From contig CBFFRP010000244.1 in NCBI GenBank assembly GCA_965644295.1, forward strand, positions 35,381 to 99,380: a DNA stretch of 64,000 nt, given 5' to 3'. Position numbers and translations under genes: made by a program. This stretch comes from Paraphysomonas bandaiensis (taxonomy: Eukaryota; Protista; Chrysophyceae). How positions within the stretch are numbered: the first letter of the stretch is position 1; every line of letters starts with the position of its first letter. Under the pieces are notes generated by a model. That model made no database searches. It saw only the letters and a list, made by a program, of their open reading frames with translations, and was not told the DNA's origin. This document shows, one piece after another, positions 39,226-55,385 of the stretch.

Positions 39226-41234
39226 TTTTGATGAAAACAGTTACGTAGAGACTTCATACTGACTTTGTACATAAGGACTACGAATGGATTGAGCCAACAG
39301 GGGTGCATGTAGCAGTATAGACACTACATATAAATCATCGTTTAGTCCTAGTATTTCTGTTCATTCTACCCAACATTAAAATGACTTAACAAAGTTGAAA
39401 TAGTTTTACTTTGTCGTGGCAGATTCCAGATAATTTCTGATCCTACTAGGTCTTTGAATTCAAACTACAGGTTCAATTTTCTGAACTAGATAGTATCACT
39501 GTTGAAACAATGTACTACCTATTCTGGGAGAATTAGAAAAATTCATCCTATATGAGAGGCTTTTTAATTACAACATATATCTCTACGCTCTACGGCGTAT
39601 TCAAGTATTCAAATACAACATATACGAGTTGTATATTTCTATGACATATAATTTTACTTTATGAAAGGGTAACCTGCTTACATGTAATAGGCCTTCCATT
39701 TAAGGGGCAGTAAGCGATAAAACAAAGCCATCGCTGATACTAGTAGCTTAGTAGTAGTACCTTCGAACTTCGTACCTTGCTATACTATTGTGACATTAGA
39801 ATGTCATGTCGTAGCTCATAGGGACTATATTCTTTGACTATTATCCTAATCTAACCATTTTTGAAGTATCTCTAGAAGCATTATATTCTTCAGTCAGCAC
39901 TATGTTGAATCTTTTGATTAAATTAATCCTGTTTGCTAAAAAAAATCAATGAACGATTTTCTAACTATGTAAAGATTATAAAAACAGATTCTCAGGTAAA
40001 AGAAATTAAATAATTGCAGCTCGTTGTCAAAAATATACGCCTGCTACCTATCTAGAATATGACAACAGCAATACTTGATATTTTGGCAGCACTCCTATGT
40101 ATATCATAGTTTACTTTTTCTCGATTCGTATTATCTGATTATACTAGCAGTGTGTATGTGTCATATACATATATAAAAATCTTACGTTAGAATAATCAAA
40201 TTACTGGTTACTATACTATTTATATGAGCATTCCGACAGCACTAGCCGTGTTTTTATATCATACATTATGATGCATCCTAAAGTTGGCTAGAACTTGTTG
40301 TGGCGAATACTTATATTTCCTTGTAATGAAATACTAATTTTGTACATAATATGACGTACGCAAGGTTTTAATAATACGCAAATCTAATTGTCTTGTTTAT
40401 GTTGCTTTACCTAAAGCACAACTATAAACAATATAGAGCTTGGTATAATCAAGTACTTCACTCAGATATACAGGTGAGAACACAACTACTGCGTATTTTA
40501 TCAAGTCAATTAGATATCATGAATACACAAGTTCATCGTAACACAGAAAATATATGCATCACCAACATTATGTAACAGCTGTGACTTCGAGTCAACATCA
40601 CTCAGTGTCGATGTGAGCCATCAGTGAAGCACACCAGGCCACTCTCAGAGGACACGAAGGCGAAACCAATGTTGAAACGTCACACTAGTATTGTCTCTGT
40701 GCTTTCACGTTCCCCGAAGTCTTCGAAATATCCAAGTTGACGTAGCTGGTGTATCGTTTCATCCAGCAGGACACATATTGTATGTACCAAACAAGATATG
40801 GATGCCCAGGACAGTCACACATACGTCAGTAACTCTACTGCATATTATACTCTGTATACAGTGTCTATACGGATAGTTTCCGTTGAAATCTCTCTTCAAA
40901 TTACTGCTCTGGACTGCACAGTGTGGACTACACTGCACAGTGTTCCCCTCTTTTTTGTTGCACTTCCACTTCACACAAGAAACAAAAACAAAAAATTCCT
41001 TCCACCTACAAAAATAACGCCATTACAGAGCTACAAACGTCATACGCTCTGATCGAGAGAAGTGAAGTAACACTATTCGGTATTCTATAGCGGCTGTGCA
41101 CTTCGTCTCACTTGTGTGTGGTTGCCTTCTCGATAGAAGTTTCAGTGCACTTTATTATGCGTTTCTCTTCGTGACATATTGAGAACGGGGTCTGTTTGTA
41201 AGCGTATAATTGGAGAGTGATAAGGAGGCATCAG

Positions 41235-44200
41235 ATGGACTCAGATGAGGAGGATAGCTTTGTTAGGGACTTCCACGATGAAGAAAAGGGCGAGGATTAT
41301 CCAAGCGATGACGATAATGGTCCAGAAGTTAACAGCGATGATAGCAGAGATGGAGGTGGTCGGTCCGGTGGTCTGGACATCGCTGAAGTGGATAAGAAAG
41401 TGGCTGATGCGATACAGAAACGTCGGGCTGCTAAGGCAGCCGCAAACTTAAAAAGCGATAGTGGTTTCATTGAGGATTATAAGGATGTAGATGAACGTTT
41501 GGGTGACGACTTCGAGGACACGAGATGGGTTCCACCTACGCTGGAATTGGTAAGTTGAGTTTGTTTTTCACCTGTTGTAATAAGTATATTTGTATGGTTC
41601 CAGGCTTGGGAGTGGAGACTGGATAATCTTTACCGGGGAGGCAGAGCAAAGCAGTCTCGAACTAAGTTAACTAAATCGACCGACCTCGGGCAAGGTGTCC
41701 CGTTGTATTTCCTTTTCATTCAAACTATTGCGTACGCTCTAGTGTTGATGTCCCTGCTATCTGTCCCGGCTCTTCTGTTTGCGTACTATGGCTCCCATGT
41801 CGCTGAGTCGGACAAGGATTTCGCTGGTCTCTATAAACTAACAGTAGGCAACATCGGCTACGATCCGGAGAGTGCTCGTTATGCAGAGCGATCCGCTTGC
41901 TCAGGAAACCCGGATATAATCTGTGTTCGGCTATTTTCACTGGAATTTAGTCTTCAGAGTGTGGCTGGTATCTTAACTGTATGTGAATTATTACAGGCAT
42001 TAGTTTTTATGGCTGCTGTGTGGCGGCTCAAGGCGCGCTGTAATGTAGTACGCAAGCGCACGGAGGGTCGTCTATGCTCGGCTTCTGATTATGCTGTCAG
42101 AGTGGACAACATACCACCAGACACGACTTTGGAGCAACTGGTAGACCACTTTTCAAACTTATACTGCCTGGATAAACCAGATTGGCGAGGAAGATACCCC
42201 CTGGAGGATGCCAAACCGTTGCAACATTGCAATAACACTGGTAAGGCCTACCACATTGGCACCTGGGTGGCGGAAGCCACAGTCTACTCTGAAATAGGCT
42301 CTTTGATACGCGCATTCAAGGATAAGAAAATGTTAATGACAAACTTACTGCGGCATAGAGCGAGGATGAAAATGTACAAGGGTGACACTCCTCATTCCCA
42401 TGGACCAAACCCTGCAAAATACAGGTCTTTGAAAATCAAAATTCTCCTGATTGAGAGCTGATGTTTATATGATTTTAGAATTGCTGAACGAGATATGCTA
42501 CATGCGGGTTCGCAAATCGATGATTTGACTAGGAAATCTCTACTAAAAGCGAAGTATATATCTCACCTTTTCATTGAAATGGCTAATGTGAAATGTCAGG
42601 AAAAATGTTATCACCACTGATGCCCCAAACTCCACATCTCAAGTTAAAGGTCTGAACGCTCAAGCGCACACAGCATATGTAATATTCAACTACTCCGAAA
42701 GTATGGCAAGATGCTTAGATGACTACTCTACGTTCAATCTCTTCCCCTTCAAAATATTTATGCCTGGGAAGATGATGTTTCGTGGGCACCGTATCACAGT
42801 GACACAGGCTTGTGAACCTGACGAAATAGTGTGGGAGAACCTGGAGGTAATCGACTTTAGTCCTGACCCGACATTTTTTGAAATTGCCACCTAACTGGTG
42901 TCATGAACGCAGGTATCATCTGTACGAAAAATGGCTCGACGGGCAGTATCTGCTGTGTTTGCGTTATGCCTGTTGATCGTCGGATTCGCTATCATTCTTC
43001 AAGCAGCGGAGTACAGGAGAGTTTTTAACGAAGAAATTCCAAAGCTCAATATGTGCCACAAGGAGGTTAGCTGCATTTAAATATTAACGATCTGTGTTGA
43101 TAATATATTTGCAACTCAGATTCCAGCCCTTTATGCGGGATCATATGATTTTCCGAGCGGAGTAGAAATTGTGAGGCCGGATCCTAGCGAGGACGACACA
43201 GGTGCTAATTGTAGGATTGTGTATATATCAACTCAGGTATTTGCTATGTAGGAAGGACGCGGGATGATTACGATCTTGAGTGCACGGCCAGAGTTAAGGT
43301 CAGTGTATGGTTCCCCTGTTTAAAGTATTTGAATTGCATACAGGGATCATTTTATGCCATATATACAACCAACGGCAACTTCAATAGTCCACTTGCGAAT
43401 TATTCCATAACTGATGTTTGCAAGTATGGGTACGTTATTGTTTTTGAGATTGGATGTTGTCGTCATTGCTATAATCGACAGATCCTCTGCTGCAACAACT
43501 GACTGTCCCCTGCCGGATCAGTCTGTGTTCTGTCCTTGTCTGTCGTCATCTAGCTCTGATACATGTGAAACACTCTCTTGCGAAGAGAGCAACGGCAATT
43601 GCGATGAATTCAAAGCAAGCACGGTTGCTGGGTGTTTTTGCTACCAGGAATTGGTTAGTACTATCTTTTTCGTACATACTTTTATGACAGCTGCATTTCC
43701 AGCTATCGTTGTTTTCAAGTCCGCTACTTTCATTGTGGTCACAAGTGCAAACAGTGGATGCTAACTGCGAAGAATTTCTGACGAGTTATGGAAGCGGTAT
43801 TATGCAAATATTTTTTGCTGAGCATGGATGACCAATTATGTAGCGCTACTACTGACTGTGGCCGCGTCTCTGTGCACTGTAGTCATTAACTTTGTGCTGA
43901 AGTCTATAATGAAATACCTGGCGAAACGAGAGTTCCATACTACCGTAGACGAGGAGCACCGGGCTATTGTTGTCAAAGTATTCATTGCAACCTATATCAA
44001 CATGGCTTTTGTGGCCTTGTTAGCTTACGGTTACGTCAACAAGAAACCGTCAATTGTAACTAATGTAAGATATCAATTTCCCTTTTCTGTGTCTTAAGAA
44101 ATATATAGGCTTCAATACTCGACAGTGAATATTCAGATTTTGACCCGGAGTGGTACGGAAATGTGAGATTTTGTGGATGTTTGAAGTGTACTGAAGTTAA

Positions 44201-46208
44201 CACCTTGTATTAAAGGTTGGGTTCTATTTAATTGTGACTTTCATAATCCAAATGATATCGCCACTTGCATCGGTTTTGTTCAAGTATTACATTGCCAAGC
44301 CTTGTCGGTAAATATACCAATTATGCAGCCATTGCCGACCTGCTGATTTATTGGCGTAGGATGTGCAGGGCCCACCCTAAAATAGAATCCCTCACGTCAC
44401 ACAAGTACCCCATGCAAGCTGATGTTAACGCGTTGGTATGGATCTACTATTTTATGTACATTTGTTTTACTCGACATTTATTCAGGAGCTGGGCGGAGTG
44501 TTCGATACGACTGTTCATACAGCTCAGTTGCTGTCGCTGCTGTTCTTTGGAATGACATACGCTGGGGGTACATATTGTCTTGTACCCTGTGAAGCTTGTT
44601 CTAATGTTGCCACAGGAATGCCATTGATGATGCCTCTCTTAGCAGCTACTTTTTGTTTTTATTTCGCGACTGATAAGATGCTACTGCTCCGGTACTATCA
44701 GATCCCACCTAAAATGAGTGATGCCGTGATGCGAGTATGTATATTTTACATGAAGTCATGATGTTCTCTCATCCCTTAATTAAAGGTGGTTTTATCGCTT
44801 CTGCCGTGGGTTTGCGTCATTCGGCTGTCGTTTTCATGTTGGATTCTGTCAAATGAGGAAATATTTCCAGTAACAGAGCTTCCTATCGGTATATAGACTT
44901 TTAACTTTTTGCCTCAGTTCTAACGCTACCTATAGATGCACTTCCAAGTTATAGTTATTTTGATTCAGAACGTGTATCGTCGATGTATAACACATGGGTT
45001 GAAAACCAAGTTAACAGAGATCTGTATTATATTAATACTGGTATGTGTGCGTCAGTACATTCTGTCTGCAGTTTCACGGTAAGGTTTTTCTTACAGGAAC
45101 CAGAATACCTCGAGGACATATCATTCCTATATTTGCTCTGATGATTATCATTGCTGTGGGGACAGTCTTGTTTACAATGTAAGTTTTGTATGATGGAAGT
45201 TATTATAACCTTAGTGTCACTATAGACTACGCCACTCCCCTTTGTATTATATGGCGAGGACATTTATTTGGGCTTTTCGTAGCCTTCGTCGTCTTTGTTC
45301 GAAGAAGGCAGTCAATATAGTTAAAAGTTATGATTTGGCTGTCAGCGGAGATCCCAGAAGATCGGAAGTTGCTCCGTATACTGGAGATTACTTCCAGTTC
45401 CTTGAATCCGAATTAGCTAAGTCGAAGGCGAAATGTTGTAGATTTAGCTTTTTGGATAGGATATTCATGTCATCGAGGTTGGAGATATGTATTAACTGTA
45501 ATTGAGATTTTGATTCTTTTTACAGCGAGGAACTATCCCGTGAAGACATTGAGAATGGTTGGCGAGTCACCTACAAGACCACTCATAAAGTCAAAGTCAC
45601 GCAGTGGGAGCAAACCACACGAGTTGATGGTTGGATAAGTTTTCATAGTGTGGTTTTTTTCTTAAATATTTGTAGGTGTAACCAGACCAAAGGGAAGCAT
45701 GAAGCGAACGTACGAAGTAATTTCTACTTATGGCTGTACGTCGTACATGCTCCACAGGTTAACGGTTTATTTTGCATAAGATTGTAATATAACAAGATTG
45801 CAGAATTCCGCATTATAAGAAAGTTTTTAACGCTATCCAGGAAGGTGTATCGAGTATTGCTGATGAACATGACGAGGTGTGTTGCGAGTTTGTGTTTCTG
45901 CTCTGTGCATCATGCAATTTGTAGGAGCTCGGTCGCGCTTCTAAAATGACGGTTGTGGGAAACTACAACAAACACAAGAACAAACAACAACACATGGCTG
46001 AAGAGAAAAAGAAAGCTAACGAGGTATCGTCGTAGTGATAATTACGTTATGCCGTCTTACCACTGTTCAGAAACTGTGGACGAAGCAGAAAAAGGGTAAA
46101 GCGATGAAATCGGCAAAGGTTGCTGTGGATAATGATGATAGTGTGCGTCCATATGAAGATCCGAATTCTGAATCCTCTGATTCTGATAGACTTAGCGATG
46201 ATGAGTGA
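41235..46208 (+). CDS. TMC/OSCA(CSC1)-superfamily multi-pass channel-like protein, 25 exons
   Basis: 24 short GT-AG introns traced in frame. Motifs DLGQGVPLYF, ASDYAVRVDNIP, AYVIFN, ACEPDEIVWENL, VKVFIATYIN, YSDFDPEWYGNVG, TYAGGMPLM, DKMLLLRYYQIPP. Confidence 0.8.
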
Positions 46209-46659
46209 GAATCCATGTATATGCGATACCAGTAATTATTGTTTTTATTATACTCCATATATCATGAATGGTTTATTTATGATGTGATATATATAAGATC
46301 TATGGACTGTAATTGTATCCGGAATATGAACTGATTGTATATAGCTGTCAGATTATGTTTCGTAATAGCGTTTTACTTTGCATTGTAACTCCACCAGTTT
46401 TATGCGTTAGGACGACTGGCGCATCGATTGAGTAATTAATAATTTTTAAGGAGAGTGATAAATGACACAACAGTATATAGAATACTCTATTATATATCAG
46501 TTATACATTCGATTACTCGTCAGCAACTCCCATTGATTGATAAGTATAGGCCAATGGCATCAAAGTACTAATTTTGAATTTTGTCTACGTATGGCGAGTC
46601 ATAAGATTACGTATATCCATATAATGTAATATATGTAACGTCTAAAGCCGGTATATCTT

Positions 46660-47204
46660 TTTTATTTCTTAGGAGCACATAAACGCTTCTCGGACTCCGC
46701 CAAAGAACTAAAATGGGGCTCTCTACAGCGCGCCATAACACTAGTTGGGGATGCAGGTGAAGCAGCGCACTTCCTTCTTACACAGACATTTGCTCCGCAC
46801 TCAAACTACCACCACTTTGCCTTAAGCCTAAGGGAATGGGGTACCGAGGTCGGCCTCACACTCCAACAGCCCGAGCCACCTAAACCTCAAGATGCACATA
46901 CCCTGAATAACATTATACGCACCTTAGGACTCGACGATGTCGACCCTGATACTTACCAACAAGCAATCTTCACAGACGGATCATACACGCCCGGAGCTCT
47001 TTCCCCACGCCACCTTACGCATGTAAACCTACGCATAAGATGGACACATCACGGAGGAACGACGGCCGCATCATACAAGCCCCCTACTCACTGACTTCCA
47101 ATCCCTCCGCAGCCAACGGATGCTGGAGACCTACACTGCGCGTCGAGATCAACGCTAAGGTCACAATCCCGACCGGGCGCCTGGATATCGGACAGACTTT
47201 AGCT
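46660..47204 (+). mobile_element. Probable non-LTR retrotransposon fragment (start of RNase H)
   Basis: C-rich island with an ATG-less open frame containing QAIFTDGSYTP (RNase H first-Asp motif), within AT-rich intergenic DNA. Confidence 0.45.
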
Positions 47205-47769
47205 TATATTCAGTGTGGCACTTGAAGACAATGTACGAGAATACAGTGATATATAGTGATGTACAAATGCTGTGATGATATTGAGAACTGAAATAGTTTG
47301 ATCTTTTAAGATATATTATTTAGTAACGAGAGGTTCACATATGTATGAGATTATGCGTGGAGATTGTGTTGTTTGTCACAATTCGTGTAAACGATATTAA
47401 TTAATCTATTTATAGTCTACACATAATTTCTCTCTGAGATCTAGTTAAGAATGAGCAGTTTACAACAATATGTTAATAGTTTGCATACTTCAATATGCAC
47501 CATATTACTGAACCGAGACAGTACTTCCACCGCATAGTCAATATAACATAACAGAAGTTGACATTATTTGCTAAGGTTTGCTGTTCTCAATTGTATAAGA
47601 TTGAAATTATAACATTACATGATAAAGAACCTAGATTGTACTTTCAACACCAATCATTTACTTCTATAATGTACGAACCACACACTCAGTAATCGTATCC
47701 TGTAGAGCCACCATTCTAGTATATTCAGTGTGGCACTTGAAGACAATGTACGAGAATACAGTGATATAT
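47205..47769. repeat. Identical 50-bp direct repeats (47205-47254, 47720-47769)
   Basis: TATATTCAGTGTGGCACTTGAAGACAATGTACGAGAATACAGTGATATAT twice, 515 bp apart. Confidence 0.85.
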
Positions 47770-48024
47770 TGTCTTCAAATGACATACTGAATATACTAGA
47801 ATAAGATCCATATTCTAATGGAACACAGTAAAAGTGAGAATTATGAATAACAATATAAAACATAACTATCTTGCACAACGGAATAATTAGAAGTGTAACT
47901 GATAATGACGACGTTATGATGACGATCATGTATCTTCAACAGATACTCTCTCTAATTCAGTTCATGATATATTTCATTGAACATTATAACTCACAGATAC
48001 TATCATGTATTATGCTGAATCCTA

Positions 48025-48114
48025 ATACCCTTGAGATGGGCCATTTTCCCGGATGCCTGCTTATTCGTAAAGGCCCAAAGACGTCTGCACAAGTGCTACT
48101 AATTAGTGTCCCTT
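48025..48114 (+). repeat. Repeat family D, copy 3 (short)
   Basis: Encodes FPGCLLIRKGPKTSAQVLLISVP, homologous to copies 1 and 2. Confidence 0.75.
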
Positions 48115-48295
48115 CTCAGAGTGATATTTTTAAGAGATGGTTTCTAATGGTTACTTTAATGGAGTACAGTCAACAAAAGACAAAATCACCATCGTCGTGG
48201 AATAAAATAATACATTTATTATCATCTGAAAATTACATCTACACTCGTCTATCTACGGACTGTTTGTGGACTCAGATAGTGCAACCAATGCAAAT

Positions 48296-51041
<2,746 letters not shown>

Positions 51042-51545
51042 TTAAATTACTGCCGAGGATATATATGTGTATATATGCTCGTTCATCAGCCTCTCTGAGA
51101 GGCTCCTCTGTGCATGTGGATCATCCAGCAGCGCTGCGCTGCGCTGCTCTGCTCTGGACATACCAAAATATGAAACCGTTGAAACACTGCCTCCTGGCAT
51201 ACAGTGTATTCTGATCGTATACTGTGTGTAGTTGGTCATTCCCTACTGCTGTATGCTGCTGGCAGTACCAGTGCACACACTCTGCTGTGCTGAGCTGATG
51301 TATGTATCGTGCAGTACAGTATTATCACCTACAGTATACCGTCTACTGTACTATGGTGTATGTATGTAGAGTATGGTGGAGTTTAGCCTGCATAGCACAC
51401 CTGCATGATCTAAACGCACGGCACGCCTGAGAGCGAGACAGTTTGAGGCCTGCTGTATCGTTGCATGCACTGGCAATCGTACACCCGAAGCATACACCGC
51501 TTTACTACATTTATTTTAGCAGTAGCATTGGTACGGTAGTGCTGC

Positions 51546-53135
51546 ATGAATCAGAACCGCAAAGTGCAGCTTATGGGCATCACGATAGGATTCATACTGT
51601 ACTGCATTCTGAGCATATGGGCACGAGGAACAACTGCAATTCCTGCGAGAAATGCAAAATATCGGCACAAGGTATGTGTTTGCTGCTCTGTTTGCGCATT
51701 GACGTCTGCTACAGTCCGCTCCATCAAACAGACTGCGTGTCAGGAGTGGTAAGTAACGCAGCGTGTTCTGCTTACCTCAACATCTCTGTACACAGCTGTC
51801 AACAACAATGCATTGGTACCCGAAACCAAGAATTCATCTATGACGGAACAAACCTCTCGATATGGGAAGTTCTGGTCCGGTATTTCACAGGCTTCCGAGT
51901 TATTTACACACAAAGAGAACGATAAATCTTCGGCCGGAGGATGCGCAGAAGATACCACCGAAGGTGCGTAGCGATCTATATTACAAGATGCGGTGATTAT
52001 ATTGCGTATCAGGAAGTTGGTGTGCCGAAACAGCAGAGAAGTTGAACTTTGTTCCACTTAAGGATAGTATCGACCGCTTTTCCCAGCCGATCCGCCAGCA
52101 GTGGATTCAAAGGAATTGTGATAACCTATACAAGCACCAGAATATATGTGCCCAACCCGTTCCGGTGTGTCGGTCTGGTGGTGATCCTAACGATCCTGCA
52201 GCTCCCCTTATTGCTGTTCTTGCCGCTACTACTACGAGGAGAGTCGTAAACCCACACGTAGACAAAATTGCACTTTTCACTCTCCTATTACCCTCCCTGG
52301 TGCGCACTTTGGACTGCGGATTTAGATACGTCTATGTTATGGGTTATGATGTAGGCGATCCCTTCTACGATTCGACTGAGGTGTATCACAGCTGGGTTCC
52401 CTGTGTTTTGTGAGGTAACGTTTTTGCTTTTGTCAGGGTATCAATGAAGTGAAAGGCTGGTTCCGAGATCAAATTGAAACCCCTATGCTGAGGAGAGGCA
52501 TAAGCATTTCATTAGAACCTGTGAAAGTTGCTAATCACCTAAAAAAACCTGGTCCAGTGTTTTTGGCGATGGCACGGGCAGCGTATGGACTTGGTGCCGA
52601 ATTTTTCTATCGCGTCAATGACGATACGGAGTTTCGAGGTCATTGGCCAAAGCTCTTCGTAAACGCACTCATGCGTCTATCTCCACCCTATGGTATTGTG
52701 GGTCCTTCCAGCTGGGGTAGTGCAGATGTTAGTGTGTTTTTCAACATTTTTGTTGTTACTCTTTTTATTATTTAGGCGATTTTAACGCACGATTTCTGTC
52801 ACCGAACTCATATGGAGGTTTTTGACATGAATTACTACCCTCCGGAACTCACGGACTGGTGGATGGACAACTGGATATCCAGGGTATATGGAAGAAAGCG
52901 TACTTTCATATCGAAAAAAGTTGCTGTTGTACATCACACGTATGCTCATGGGCAAAGGTATGAAGTGAATAGGGCCAACCAACGCCTATTGGAACCTGCC
53001 ATAAAGAATGGAAGAAATAAGATTCGATCATGGATGCTCAAAAACAACGCTTCCACTGATGAACTTATAGAATTTGACAGAGATACGTATAGTCGAAGAT
53101 TTAAAATGATAGATATCTCCAATATTGTTCACTAG
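51546..53135 (+). CDS. Type II membrane GT-A-fold glycosyltransferase-like protein
   Basis: N-terminal TM anchor and five short introns. Motifs GYDVGDPFYD, FFYRVNDDTEF (DxD-like), GIVGP, ILTHDFCHRTH, DWWMDNWISRVY. Confidence 0.75.
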
Positions 53136-53754
53136 CTAATATGTAATTCCAACGTCCAGTTCGTCCTATTCCGCCCGTGTAATTAGCAGCACTCGTCACA
53201 ATGAAGTTTCCGTTCTCAATGTTCATTTGTTTATCACATATATACACTTATTAATTGAAGGTTTCTTCTTAATTTTTATCACTGCCAACCTAGCTTACGA
53301 AAAATAGTTTTAGAGTCATGCTAAGATCACTTCTATTACAAGTGCTTGTACTTGCTGAACTATACACTATACCATATCCAGTAGATAGATTTTTCCTATG
53401 AGTATGCAAATATGTAAAGGAGTTAGAAGTTATAATAAAACAGTGGAAACTGTTGGAATACGTATGGTTCTCTAAGATAGTACTGTAGAATACGTTAAAT
53501 ACAATGTGAAAAACAGTAATACGTAGTCAATAGTCAAAAGGTGCTATATAGCTATAACTGTGAAACTGAAGTATTATATCATGACGATTCAAGATACGGA
53601 AGTTGAGCAGTGGTTAACATGAACGAAATAATTTATCATGTTGTTGACATGTGCTACATGACAACACACACAATTGTGTATACAATCATAATAAAGTAAT
53701 CTATCTAGTTTGACTAACTTAAACTTCTCTTACAACGATCTTAATCATCTGAAA

Positions 53755-54161
53755 ATGGTCTTTAGTCAATATGGTAGCGAATGCGGAGGAGAGAAGGAGG
53801 ATAGAGCTGATGTTCCATGGTTCGACGAGAGCAACGTTGAACAATGGATCGAAGACTTTGAGACGTTCCTTATGAGAAAGGAGCAGAGTGAGGTGGCTCT
53901 AGAAAGGCCACCAGAGGAAGAGGATTTCGGAATTCAACCCCTGAATAGTCTTGAGACCAAGTCCTACAAAGAAGCGGTGGACAAGTATTGGAAGGCGAAT
54001 GCAATTGCCTACTCATACTGCAGAGAGGCGGTGAAGCGATCTCCGAAGGCGCTGCAGAAGTTTCATCTGAAGCACAAGGAGTTCAAGGCAGCTGAAGGAA
54101 GAGTTAATAAGTTCAGCGCCAGAGAGATGGTTAGCACTCTTAAATCGTGTTTTGAAGGGGG
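53755..54161 (+). CDS. Copia-2 gag, N-terminal part
   Basis: ATG lies inside the LTR. MVFSQYGSEC..VPWFDESNVEQWIEDFETFL..LKSCFEG. Confidence 0.85.
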
Positions 54162-55355
54162 TATGAACAACTCAGGTCTTGCAACCTAAGATCACTGAAA
54201 AGATATGAAATGGTTGTTTATCGAAACAACAAAACAGAAAGCTATAATAATAACTCTTTAAGAAACCAACAGCCAGAAACACAAGCTCCCCTGTATCCTG
54301 CAATCTAAAGCTCCCAATAGACAGATCAGTCAACCAACTATGTTAATTTCATAGAGAATTATTATTAAAAACTAAGTTACAAGCGAAACAAAAGACAGAC
54401 CCCTCTAGTCTAAAGACTCCTCCTCATACACAGGACATTGAATGCAACCACAACCGTACAATGTGCTCATACATGTACTACACTACATACGATTCTTATC
54501 CTACATCGTTTATAGTCAAAAACTCCCTGAAATACGCCTAAATAGGTCCTTTCCAAAAAACTCCGATTTTTGAGTCCAAAAACCCAAAAATCCCCAATTT
54601 TTTGAGAATTGCAGAAAATCGCCGATTTTCGAGCCACAAACACCCAAAAATGACAATATTCGAATCCACAAAAATTGCAAGCACATTTCATGACAACGTG
54701 AAATACACAATCGCCAACTCATGCATAATACCGACAAAATGCAATCGGGTTCAAAAGCTTACAATCGAACGGTTAAATATCATTTCCTTGCAAGAGTGTG
54801 TACTTTAGACTGGACCATACAAATACACTCATATTCAGATCACTAACATGCCCATGACACCTCTACATCTACGTCCAATGGCACCTTACGAATTCCTCCC
54901 CATTCCGGAGAAAATCAACGGTGTATGGCAATGGAGGAATATTCGTATATCAGAATCCAGAACAATGATCAAGCACATAGAGCTGTTCAAAACCATCAGA
55001 AAGCTTCTCATAATGATGGGTGGACTACGAATATCGCACATGCGGTACCAATCAATGCTTCCTGACCCAAAACGCTATGACACCGACTACCGTATGGATA
55101 TAGGCGTAAACCGACGGGTAGCAATCGCGTAGATCAAAGAAAACGTGTGTTCGAGGGTAAATCCTAGTTGTCTGTCGTCTTGCCCTCGTAATAATAATCT
55201 GTATCTCTTGTTGTCACCAATCTTATACAAAACAAGCTACATATACCCTACATATTATGTTATCATATCGTTATTGCATTAATATAGTTATCAATATTAT
55301 TATGATGATGTCATTAAACGTGTTAAAGGGTGTTATAAAAGCCCACGGCTTTACA
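54162..55355 (-). repeat. Gypsy 3' LTR
   Basis: Minus strand TGTAAAGCC...GTTCATA, preceded by the PPT GGGGGGGGAGAAAGGG. Confidence 0.95.
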
Positions 55356-55385
55356 TTACCCTTTCTCCCCCCCCGGATGCCGTAG

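Noticed and set aside
54467-54808. Three short overlapping ORFs in the gypsy LTR
   Set aside because: By-products of the A/T-tract region (F/K-rich) with no coding hallmark.
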